Shown: positions 18,175-26,752 of the stretch, piece after piece | Position numbering within the stretch: position 1 is the first letter of the stretch | Layout: every line of letters begins with the position of its first letter | From: a bacterium | GTDB taxonomy: Bacteria > Bacteroidota > Ignavibacteria > UBA10030 | Length of the DNA: 38,714 nucleotides | NCBI GenBank assembly: GCA_043803945.1 | Contig: JAZDJN010000024.1 | Location: forward strand, 1 to 38,714 | Reading direction: 5' to 3' | The notes under the pieces: generated by a model | Database searches by the model: none | Told to the model about the DNA's origin: nothing | The model's input: only the letters and a program-made list of their open reading frames with translations | Made by a program: the position numbers and the translations under genes

Positions 18175-20169
18175 TTACTCAGCACTCTGATGGATTGCTG
18201 CTAGAAATTCTTCTTTGGCCTGGAGTATCTTCTTCACCTCCTGTGCCATTTTCTGAACAACGCCGTTCGACTCCGCTGTCCCCCGGACACTCTCGAAATC
18301 CTTTCCTGCTTCCTCTTCGGTCCTATCGATGCCGTAACCGATGTGTGCAGTAGCACCATATTCTTTTTTCGAATCGTCGAGAATTATGGATTGTAACGAT
18401 GAGGCGCTCTTTTCCCATGAGAGAACCAACTCCTCGGCCTGCTGCTTCGTAAATGCCTCTAATGAAAGTCCATGTTCTTTCCGATACGTATCGTAGATGT
18501 AGTTCCATTCATCTTCCTGGTAGGTCTGGATCATGCTTTGCAGTGAATCAAGGAGTATTTCGTACGTCGAGATTGTACTATCCATAACCCCTTGTTCCAG
18601 GGCAAGAAGCCGTTCCCGAGGTACTATTAATCCGCTTATATCGGTCCATTCCTCTGAATACTTCAAGGGCGAAGCCGGCGCAAGGGCGGCAATGGCTCTC
18701 TGCCATGAGTTTTCCTTCTTCAACGATTCCATCAAACGTTCGGCAATTTTTCCATTGAGATACCTGGTGATCGCCTGCTCATAGACTTTGGCTCCTTTCT
18801 CTAAATGCAAGCGGCTGAGAAATCCACCACCACAGGGAATTGTGGATTTCTCCTTTGGAGCCGCATTGTTCAATTCAATAAGCTCATCGCGTCCGCGACA
18901 CATCTTTTCAACTGTGTAGGGTGTAAAGACATCAAAGATTATTAAATCGCGCTTATTCAACGTTTTCCGGTTATCTCTCTTCGGCCACTTTTCACCGTCA
19001 CGTACCAGACCAATTGTTCCGAGGTTCATTCCGGGAACAATCTTGCTTTTCCCCTCTTCCTCGAAGATATAGGAAAAGGGAAGGTTCGGCGTGCTGATAT
19101 TTGAATAATGCTTCCCGATCACCACACTGAATGCTCCAATGTGCGCTTCAAAGAGCAGATACGAAAATGAACCTGTTTTGCTCCCACGTTCCAGTACCCC
19201 TTGATGGACCGGTCCGAGCTTGTACATATGGTTACTTTGATTCGTTCCGCTACCGGCATTATAGAAAGAAAAGATGCCGGCGATTAACAAGGTGGATTTA
19301 TGATGAGTGACGGTATAGGGGCCGGCGAAGAGCGAGACTGCTTCTCCATGGAATGCTTCGCAGTTTGCAAAAAATAGGGAATTCTCTGCCGAGTACTGCT
19401 TCCCCATTTTAACACCCTGACCGATAAAGCATTTATCAACCAATGCGCCCGAGTCGATTGTTGCTCCTTCGGAGACGATAAAATGCCGTGCAATCACACC
19501 GTTGCCCATCTGCGTCGGGTGTTCCTTGCAACTGTTAACCGTGCCATTTTCAAGTTGCTTCACACCCACGATGGAAGCATATGGTCCGATACAGACATTG
19601 GTTAAGGGACCGCAATGAAGCACCGCAGCATGGTCGGCAATGATTCCTTTTCCCGGTTTGCTTCCATTAATTTTTATTTCGATGAGGGAGGCCAGCTTCG
19701 AAGAAAATTCAGGATTATGCTTCATCATACCTTGCATGTAGGCAATTTGCGCTGTTAAGTCATTCAGGATTCTGACTCCCCTCCCACCTCCCTCATTAAT
19801 TGTCTCAAGCTCAATCCCATTGCCGAACGAGCTGTCGCTCTCCGCCGTTAAGGAGGCAACATCCTGAATCACAACATTGTCACCAATGGAATAATTCGAA
19901 ATGACAGAGCCGATGTTGGCAATACGGACATGATCTCCTATAGTACAATTGTTTAGCGTTACAGAGTAAAGCCCACAGGGTAATTCAACATTGTCGACAA
20001 GACATGATCCTTCCTGGTTGCCAATCTGCACCGCTCCAATACAGTGGATATGATTGATGCGTTGTAGCATTGCAGTGTCAGCAATTGTCACGCTCTTCCA
20101 GTCAGTCGCTGTACATCCCTGTTGAACGAGTTGTGAAATTTGATTCTCTGTTAAATGATTGAATGGCAT
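18175..20169 (-). CDS. DUF4954 family protein (left-handed beta-helix-like)
   Basis: Family motifs FGNG..INEGGGR, AENSLFFANCE..GEA.SLFAGPYTVTHHKSTLLIAG, NAGSGTNQSNHMYKLGPVHQG, NLPFSY, KWPKRDNRK; hexapeptide-like IGD.V.I repeats. Confidence 0.88.
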   Translation of the reverse strand: MPFNHLTENQISQLVQQGCTATDWKSVTIADTAMLQRINHIHCIGAVQIGNQEGSCLVDNVELPCGLYSVTLNNCTIGDHVRIANIGSVISNYSIGDNVVIQDVASLTAESDSSFGNGIELETINEGGGRGVRILNDLTAQIAYMQGMMKHNPEFSSKLASLIEIKINGSKPGKGIIADHAAVLHCGPLTNVCIGPYASIVGVKQLENGTVNSCKEHPTQMGNGVIARHFIVSEGATIDSGALVDKCFIGQGVKMGKQYSAENSLFFANCEAFHGEAVSLFAGPYTVTHHKSTLLIAGIFSFYNAGSGTNQSNHMYKLGPVHQGVLERGSKTGSFSYLLFEAHIGAFSVVIGKHYSNISTPNLPFSYIFEEEGKSKIVPGMNLGTIGLVRDGEKWPKRDNRKTLNKRDLIIFDVFTPYTVEKMCRGRDELIELNNAAPKEKSTIPCGGGFLSRLHLEKGAKVYEQAITRYLNGKIAERLMESLKKENSWQRAIAALAPASPLKYSEEWTDISGLIVPRERLLALEQGVMDSTISTYEILLDSLQSMIQTYQEDEWNYIYDTYRKEHGLSLEAFTKQQAEELVLSWEKSASSLQSIILDDSKKEYGATAHIGYGIDRTEEEAGKDFESVRGTAESNGVVQKMAQEVKKILQAKEEFLAAIHQSAE

Positions 20170-20237
20170 ACAAATTCCTTCGCTGATAGTCTGCTTGTAA
20201 CTCCCTGGTTCTTTTTGAAAAATCCCGAACTTTTCGG

Positions 20238-20366
20238 TTAGAGTTCTGGAAGCCCCAATTGTTCGCGCCCGATATCTTTGAAATATTTCACTGTCCCCAC
20301 TCTCAATTCCATCTCAGCTTCCTTATCGCTAACGATAATCGTATGGAAATGCAGTTGTAATAGCAT
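20238..20366 (-). pseudogene. nagB: 3' remnant of a second nagB copy (42-codon ORF)
   Basis: Translates [42 protein letters not shown]; 23 of 30 residues identical to [30 protein letters not shown] in the NagB at 17317-18129; no similarity further upstream. Confidence 0.88.
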
Positions 20367-20463
20367 CGCATTATTAATAGCAGATGATTTTCACAGAATC
20401 AAGAACTCTCAAAAAAAAAACACAAAACCAGATTCTCTTTCGTGACACAGCGAAGCTATGACC

Positions 20464-21573
20464 TCAGGATTTAACCTTGTATGTTCCTTTGATAAATTGA
20501 TAGATATCCTCATAGAATTCGCGCTCCAGCGGATCCTGGTGATGATGCATTCGCTGTAATGCCGATGCGCCCTGAAAATGCGCGCAGGCGGCTTCGTTCA
20601 TATAGCCAAGCTGCACACCTCCATTTAAGTAGTTTCTGAATCGTGCCTGCCGTTCATTCTGAATGGCAATCGGTTCGTTGAGTTCAAGGTAATATTCCAT
20701 CTCAATGCCGGCTTCCCTGGAGCGCACTGCGAGAACTGCATTCTCAAGCGTCTTTCCAGATCGATAGAACATGTAGTTCGGCTGGAGAAATGCCAGATCA
20801 AAGTAGTATTGCTGATAATCATCGAGCAGATGAATATTGTAAGTGCTCCAGAATGGAATCCAGAGAAATTTCAATCCCCGGGAATGGATATGTTTTCGCA
20901 ACTCCTTGAGGAGCCAGTGATCATCAATATCCCATGAGCGGTAGACTGTCTCAAACATCCAATACACACCGAGAAGATTCAAGTGACGTGTCTTGAGTGA
21001 AGAATACCGTTTCACAATCTCATCGACAAACCATTGCTCGGCAAGTAATCTCTTCTGTGTCGCCTGTTCCAAATTTTGGCGTACTGTCGAAAAATCGGTA
21101 ATGGAATCCGATCCATTCACCGCACCAAATTCCCGCTGCGAGATATGAGGATAGGGAAGCATGAGAACCACATTGCGGGTGTGTCCCAATGATAGCGCTT
21201 CCTTTGAACAGCAGTGATCGATAGTTTGATCAAGCGTTTGCAGGGCACCATGTTCGCCAAAATAAAATTCTAAAAGCTCTTCCCAGTCGGCTTTTACGGC
21301 AGGCTGGGGCGAGCATGCTGCAAAAAAATCGCCTTCACCCGACATTGTTGTTCCCATGTTAACATCGGCACAATAGTCGCGACCAGAGCCGGACTTAACG
21401 TTCAGAAACAGAAACGAATCATACAGCCAGTCATCGACTCTGCCTTCTGGATCAAGATGCGCAACGTAGTACTTGAGGTCCTCAGAAGTCCAGGGTGTTT
21501 GTGCATTCCCATAGAGGAGAATAAGATGGCGCAGATAGTTAAAGTCCGGCTTGTTTTGCGCAAAGAATGCCAT
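20464..21573 (-). CDS. DUF4855 family protein (putative glycoside-hydrolase-like barrel), no signal peptide
   Basis: HLILLY, YVAH..DWLYDSFLFL, GVYWMFE, WIPFW, FDLAFLQPNY.F, GIEMEY, YLNGG..GYM; start at ATG 21573 after a purine-rich RBS (the ORF-track start overlaps the upstream gene). Confidence 0.8.
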   Translation of the reverse strand: MAFFAQNKPDFNYLRHLILLYGNAQTPWTSEDLKYYVAHLDPEGRVDDWLYDSFLFLNVKSGSGRDYCADVNMGTTMSGEGDFFAACSPQPAVKADWEELLEFYFGEHGALQTLDQTIDHCCSKEALSLGHTRNVVLMLPYPHISQREFGAVNGSDSITDFSTVRQNLEQATQKRLLAEQWFVDEIVKRYSSLKTRHLNLLGVYWMFETVYRSWDIDDHWLLKELRKHIHSRGLKFLWIPFWSTYNIHLLDDYQQYYFDLAFLQPNYMFYRSGKTLENAVLAVRSREAGIEMEYYLELNEPIAIQNERQARFRNYLNGGVQLGYMNEAACAHFQGASALQRMHHHQDPLEREFYEDIYQFIKGTYKVKS

Positions 21574-21616
21574 AGTACTTCTTTCTCTTCCAATCGTGAA
21601 TAAAGCAGCGGCTGCT

Positions 21617-23776
21617 TTACTCTTTGGGTGCGATGATCGCCACAGCTTGTTCATCGCCTGAGTGCATTTCGGTTTCTACTCTCAGCAAGGCGAGGATTTG
21701 ATCCTTATTCGCCAATCCGCTCAGATCGATGATTCTTCCCCCACTCAGAATAAAAATATCAGGATTCAGTCCTCCTGCATCACCATAGATCGTATATTCG
21801 TCGATCAAATGATTCAGGAGAGATGGCAGTGTGTTTGAAGTAGAGGGATAAATTACTCCGCGATTCAACTTCAATCGCATAACACCTTCATGATCGATGA
21901 TCCGCACCGAGACTCGTTCCTCCTTGATCAACCCGAAGAATCTTTTTTTTGTGATTCTTCCTTCAAATGCTTTCAGAAACTCTGTTTCGGAAATACATCG
22001 GATCTCACTTCCCTCGGGGCAAGTTCCGGCAACGATGATCTTGAGTTCATCTGCACTACGGGGTGTACTTTCGAATTTTCCGGTCCTCAATTCCGGTGCA
22101 CCACTCGCTGTCGCGCTCAATCGTTTCCGCTTTTTATCGACCTCAATTCGCACCTCAATGGATTCCGCTGCGGCACCCATCTGAAGAACGGATTGAATTG
22201 CTTCCTGCCGGATATTTACAATGTCAGCATCGGTTGGACTGAGGACACTCCGTTCGATGGTATCACGGATCATCCCCAATGCCACACCGATAGCAGAGAT
22301 CACTTCGGTATGTTCAGCAATCGAGTATTGTACACCGAGACGCTGAGCGGTATAGGGAACAATGACCTCGGCTCCGCCTCCGCCGCCGACGAGTGTTATG
22401 TGTTCCTTATGGAGTTTATACTCTTCAATAAACTTTTTCAGGATGGAAATGACTTTATCGGACGCAAGATCGAGAATCGCTTTTGAAATCTCTTCAATCG
22501 ATTTGCCAAACTCAGCAGTCAGCCACGCACTCCAAAGAGTGAGCGACTCAGAAATTGCTTTCCCATATTGTTTTATCAAACCAAGGGAATTTGCTGCTTC
22601 CGTCGTCGTGAACGAATATTCGGGTTTAGCCGACCCATCGGAAGCAATCGACATATAATCCTTTGGATCCCCTAACCTTGGAGCAATGAGGTGAAGCGAG
22701 AGGGTACGGAGAGATGCAGGATTTGCGAATCCGATGTACTTCAAACCGGCAATATGAGCGCTTCGAGGTCCGACGTCAATAATTGCTGATCCCCGGAGCC
22801 GCGGCATCGATCCGCCTCCGATTCCAACCGTCCGAATATCAAGCGTCTTCATATAAAGCCGGTGGCCACCGACTTCAGCCGAGCGGATCATGGGCCGCCC
22901 ATTCCGGATAATCGAAATATCGGTGCTCGTTCCTCCAACCTCAAGGAAAAGTCCATCCGAAATTTTTACAAACATCAGGGCCGCCGCAACTCCTGCAGCC
23001 GGGCCTGAGAGCATCGTGAGAATTGGCCGGCGCCGCATCTCATTGAGGTCCATGATCCCTCCGTCACTGCGCATAATCATCAACGGAGAGGTAATGCCGC
23101 TCTCACGCACCGCCTTCTCCGTCATCTCCGCAGTCTGGAGCATCTTGACCAGCATACTGGCGTTGATAACTGCCGTGCGTGTCCGTACACGCAGGCCATA
23201 GAGTTGGGATATTTCAGATGCTGCCGTCGCCAAAAAACCTTTTCCCCTGATGTATTCGACGACACGTTGTTCGTTGCCGGGATTGTCTACTCCAAACGCT
23301 TCAGAGGCAACAAAGACCTCGGCACCTTCAGCAATCAATTCATCGAGATTCTTTTGAATAACAGCTTCGTTGATCGCTTCACTGGTATCGATGAACCGAT
23401 GCCTCGTACTCAGAAACTTTCCCGGTGCCAGTTCAATGTCACTGACATTGGTCTGGCCTCTCGCCCTCCATCCTTCAATGCCTTTCGCCATACCGATAAT
23501 TCCAACGCGGGCAACATCTCCTTCCAATAATGCATTTGTTGCCTGGGTTGTACTGTGAGCGATGAGGGCAACCTCTTTCGGTTTGATTGCTGCAGAATGC
23601 AGCAATCGATGGAGTGAGTCGACAACGCCGCGTGCCACCCCCTCCGATGCCGTGTGTGTTGTGGGGACCATCTCTTTCCCGATGAGCGAAAGGGTGTCGG
23701 CATCCAGGGCGACGGCATGCGTAAACGTGCCGCCGACATCGATTCCAATTTTTATTCTTCGTGTTCTTCTAGCCAA
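21617..23776 (-). CDS. Hydantoinase-A/oxoprolinase-family ATPase (actin-like fold), no B subunit nearby
   Basis: IGIDVGGTFT, HSTTQATNALLEG, RTAVINAS, MRSDGG, LSGPAAG, EVGGTSTD, GIGGGS, VGPRSAHIAGL; probable TTG start 23776 with GGAG upstream, overlapping the transporter stop codon. Confidence 0.88.
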   Translation of the reverse strand: MARRTRRIKIGIDVGGTFTHAVALDADTLSLIGKEMVPTTHTASEGVARGVVDSLHRLLHSAAIKPKEVALIAHSTTQATNALLEGDVARVGIIGMAKGIEGWRARGQTNVSDIELAPGKFLSTRHRFIDTSEAINEAVIQKNLDELIAEGAEVFVASEAFGVDNPGNEQRVVEYIRGKGFLATAASEISQLYGLRVRTRTAVINASMLVKMLQTAEMTEKAVRESGITSPLMIMRSDGGIMDLNEMRRRPILTMLSGPAAGVAAALMFVKISDGLFLEVGGTSTDISIIRNGRPMIRSAEVGGHRLYMKTLDIRTVGIGGGSMPRLRGSAIIDVGPRSAHIAGLKYIGFANPASLRTLSLHLIAPRLGDPKDYMSIASDGSAKPEYSFTTTEAANSLGLIKQYGKAISESLTLWSAWLTAEFGKSIEEISKAILDLASDKVISILKKFIEEYKLHKEHITLVGGGGGAEVIVPYTAQRLGVQYSIAEHTEVISAIGVALGMIRDTIERSVLSPTDADIVNIRQEAIQSVLQMGAAAESIEVRIEVDKKRKRLSATASGAPELRTGKFESTPRSADELKIIVAGTCPEGSEIRCISETEFLKAFEGRITKKRFFGLIKEERVSVRIIDHEGVMRLKLNRGVIYPSTSNTLPSLLNHLIDEYTIYGDAGGLNPDIFILSGGRIIDLSGLANKDQILALLRVETEMHSGDEQAVAIIAPKE

Positions 23777-25298
23777 AGAATTTGACTCCAGCAATAATCA
23801 GTCCGACTGTAGCAACGATCCAGGTATAGGGCAGCGTCCTCCACATAATGGTATTGACATCCAGATGCAATTCATTCGCGACCCAGACATTTGCCGTATT
23901 CGTGGGATCACTCACTCCCTGAATCATCCCCAGCGACATCAATATTCCCATAACTGCTCCAGCGGGCACTCCAGTGGCGAGCAATACACCGCCAACTCCA
24001 TATCCCAATCCCCACACATTCAACGGACCGCGATATAATGCCAGAGGTCCAAGGAGGGCAAAAATCAAGACGTAGGTTCCGAAGGAATGGGGAATCATGT
24101 TTTCAAGCAATGGTTTCATTTCCGCCAGGACAGGCCACTCTTGTTGCGGGCTCTGGACATCTTGCGTCACCGACGTTTGTGCAACGGTTTCAGTCTCATA
24201 CCAATATTTGCCCGGACCTGTTTTTGTGGGACCCAGGATAGAGCTCAGGAGCATTCCGATACCGATCATCAACACCACTGCCGGAATCACACCAGCACTT
24301 CCTTCAATGACCGACCGGGTGGTAAGATTCAGCAGCCCCTTTCTCCTCACCGCAACCATCGCATAGACAACTCCTATCATGAACGCCGGAACAAAAGGCA
24401 TATCAAATCTCATAATCAGGAGTAATGGTATGACAGGAATAAGATAGGCATACCATCGAACGCAATGCTTAAGCTGCCGCTCTGCCTTCCTAAAAAGATC
24501 GAGGATAATGGAAAGAAGCAAAAGCAAAAGTAAACCATCGAGAATGGTTGTGAAAAAGTTTTTGAAGTTGACATCGCATGTGAGGAACAATCTGTACGAC
24601 AGAAAGAGCACGCTGCCACTGATCATCAACACCAGACCGGAGCGCAGCCACCATCTCTTTGATAAACGCAAGAGACCGGTTCGGAAAAGTTCTACGGTAA
24701 TAAATCCAAGTGCCCCCAAACCGACAATGAAGAAAATCCAAATTGCGTACGAAGAGACAACGTTCGTTTCAAGGTGCAAGACTGATTGATAGACAATCCA
24801 ATTCCCTGCATTGAGTACGCCTCCTATCGTGATACCAAAAAGCATGATCCCTGCACTGATATGTTCACGGACACCCATCGACGAAAGAATGGGAAGTGCA
24901 ATCGTGCCGACCATGATCACTGCTCCAAGTCCACCAATTGTCGTAAACAGCAGGGTGATAAGCGCAAGCATGAAGACCGCAACACTCCAGGGATTGTCGC
25001 CGGAAAATTCAGCCCCTCTCCGGATAAAACTTTCGGCAACTCCTGACTTCTGCATGATAACGCTCAACATACCACCGAAAAATGAGATGATCATCGGATC
25101 GGCAAGCCGGATTGCACCATCCGCAAGAACTCCCATCGTCAGATCCCGCACACTTAAACGCCCCATCATGAGTTCTACACCTGCAATGGCTATTGCCATC
25201 AATGGAAGAGCCAGAAGAGCAGGAAGTTTCCGCAGGAACATCAATGTCGCTGCGATTAGAAAGATGAGAAAAATGAGAAGGGAAGGCATCATAGGCAA
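23769..25298 (-). CDS. Ion-transporter (IT) superfamily permease, GntP/citrate-transporter-like
   Basis: More than ten hydrophobic segments; KLPALLALPLMA, SGVAESFIRRGAEFSGDNP, LFTTIGGLGAVIMVGTI, LALYRGPLNVWGLG, QGVSDPTNT.NVW. Confidence 0.85.
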   Translation of the reverse strand: MPMMPSLLIFLIFLIAATLMFLRKLPALLALPLMAIAIAGVELMMGRLSVRDLTMGVLADGAIRLADPMIISFFGGMLSVIMQKSGVAESFIRRGAEFSGDNPWSVAVFMLALITLLFTTIGGLGAVIMVGTIALPILSSMGVREHISAGIMLFGITIGGVLNAGNWIVYQSVLHLETNVVSSYAIWIFFIVGLGALGFITVELFRTGLLRLSKRWWLRSGLVLMISGSVLFLSYRLFLTCDVNFKNFFTTILDGLLLLLLLSIILDLFRKAERQLKHCVRWYAYLIPVIPLLLIMRFDMPFVPAFMIGVVYAMVAVRRKGLLNLTTRSVIEGSAGVIPAVVLMIGIGMLLSSILGPTKTGPGKYWYETETVAQTSVTQDVQSPQQEWPVLAEMKPLLENMIPHSFGTYVLIFALLGPLALYRGPLNVWGLGYGVGGVLLATGVPAGAVMGILMSLGMIQGVSDPTNTANVWVANELHLDVNTIMWRTLPYTWIVATVGLIIAGVKFFG

Positions 25299-25314
25299 TC
25301 AGGCATGCAATGCA

Positions 25315-26706
25315 TCAGAGCGATGCTCCTTTTTCAATGAGAATTTTCCGTAATTCGACACCATCCACTTTTCTGGGCGGTACTGAGGCACGAATGGAGA
25401 TGGCACTTGCCACAGCCGCTGCCTCACCCATGGCGCGACAATTCGTTTGGATACGAACTGAACTTTGCGCTTCAAATGATCCTGAAAAACACCTTCCTGC
25501 AACCAGAAGCTGGTCGACACTCAGCGGTATCAGGCACCGGTATGGGACTTCATGGTACTCTCCGTGCGGCAGTTTGACAAACTTTAAATGATCATCTTTT
25601 TTATCCCGATGGATATCGAGCGGGTAGTTATTTCTGCAAATCGCATCGGGAAATTTCTTTGCACCGAGAACATCATTAACCGTTAGAAAATACTCACCCT
25701 GGATCCTTCTCGATTCCCTTACCCCGACCATCGGCGCTGTGGTTATCAGGTAGGCTCTCTCAAGGCCGGGGAGATATCGCTGGCAAAACGATACGTACCG
25801 TTGTGTAATCTCCCTTCCCTTTATTTGAGCGGCCGTCAGGTGGAACGGATTGGTCCCGTCGATATCCTGACTGATGCGCGGGCAATTAAAGGCAAGCTCG
25901 CCCGGCCTGCCTGCCATGCTAAAGATCTGGAAATAGTTGCCGTCACTTTCCTTCAGTATGCCTTCGGCAATCGCCTCACGGAATAACGGTTCGAGCGTCC
26001 ATCCTTTACCCCACACCATTGCCGTGTGGATGAGTGGAACGTTGCTCCCCTGCGCACTTTCCAAAACGTCGGATCTGCCCAACGATGTAAGAAACTCTGC
26101 AAATCGGGATAGGTCGACATTGCCAAGATGAAATCTGACCGAGAATAGCTGATTCTTCTTCGTTTCTGGATCTCCGGATTCAAACGGGACTCCAGCCCGA
26201 AAGGCCACATCTGCATCCCCGGTGCAATCGATGATACGTTTCGCGAGAATTGCGCTGCGCCCGGCTTTGTTCGCTATGACAACACCGCAGAGATCGCTCT
26301 TTTCAAGTATGGCATCTTCGAAAAAAGTGTAATAGAGTAACTCCGTCCCGGCCTGGAGATTCATCCTCTCCAGCATCAGCTTGAGCATTTCAGGATTGAA
26401 CCACCCCTGATTGCCATCTTTCCATACACCGGACTCTCGTAATGCGATCATTCCGGTATTGATCTCCAGATCGATACCGCCGTTCAGGGGTGCTCCCGAT
26501 AACTGATTCGGCATCATTGGTGTAACCAATGCCCCGGTCTGTGTTCCTCCCAGAAAACCCTGCTGCTCGATAACAAGAGCGTTCATCTCCTCTCTTCCTG
26601 CAGCAATTCCTGCAACAGCCCCTGCAGTACCGCCACCAACAATAAGAATATCCACTTCACGAGTGGTGGGAATATTCTGTTCTTTAAGTTGTTTCAATGT
26701 GTGCAT
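25315..26706 (-). CDS. FAD-dependent oxidoreductase (PF12831-like), cytoplasmic
   Basis: DILIVGGGTAG (Rossmann), LGGTQT, IDCTGDADVA, VRESRRIQGEY, VPYRCLIP, LLVAGRCFS, AMGEAA. Confidence 0.92.
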   Translation of the reverse strand: MHTLKQLKEQNIPTTREVDILIVGGGTAGAVAGIAAGREEMNALVIEQQGFLGGTQTGALVTPMMPNQLSGAPLNGGIDLEINTGMIALRESGVWKDGNQGWFNPEMLKLMLERMNLQAGTELLYYTFFEDAILEKSDLCGVVIANKAGRSAILAKRIIDCTGDADVAFRAGVPFESGDPETKKNQLFSVRFHLGNVDLSRFAEFLTSLGRSDVLESAQGSNVPLIHTAMVWGKGWTLEPLFREAIAEGILKESDGNYFQIFSMAGRPGELAFNCPRISQDIDGTNPFHLTAAQIKGREITQRYVSFCQRYLPGLERAYLITTAPMVGVRESRRIQGEYFLTVNDVLGAKKFPDAICRNNYPLDIHRDKKDDHLKFVKLPHGEYHEVPYRCLIPLSVDQLLVAGRCFSGSFEAQSSVRIQTNCRAMGEAAAVASAISIRASVPPRKVDGVELRKILIEKGASL

Positions 26707-26752
26707 CGGTGTTCTTTTCAGGTTCTGATCTTAGCAGAGCTTATAGTGCCGT

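Noticed and set aside
20411-20420. A10 homopolymer as a phase-variation tract or terminator
   Set aside because: Intergenic, with no preceding strong hairpin on the minus strand and no clear promoter spanning it.
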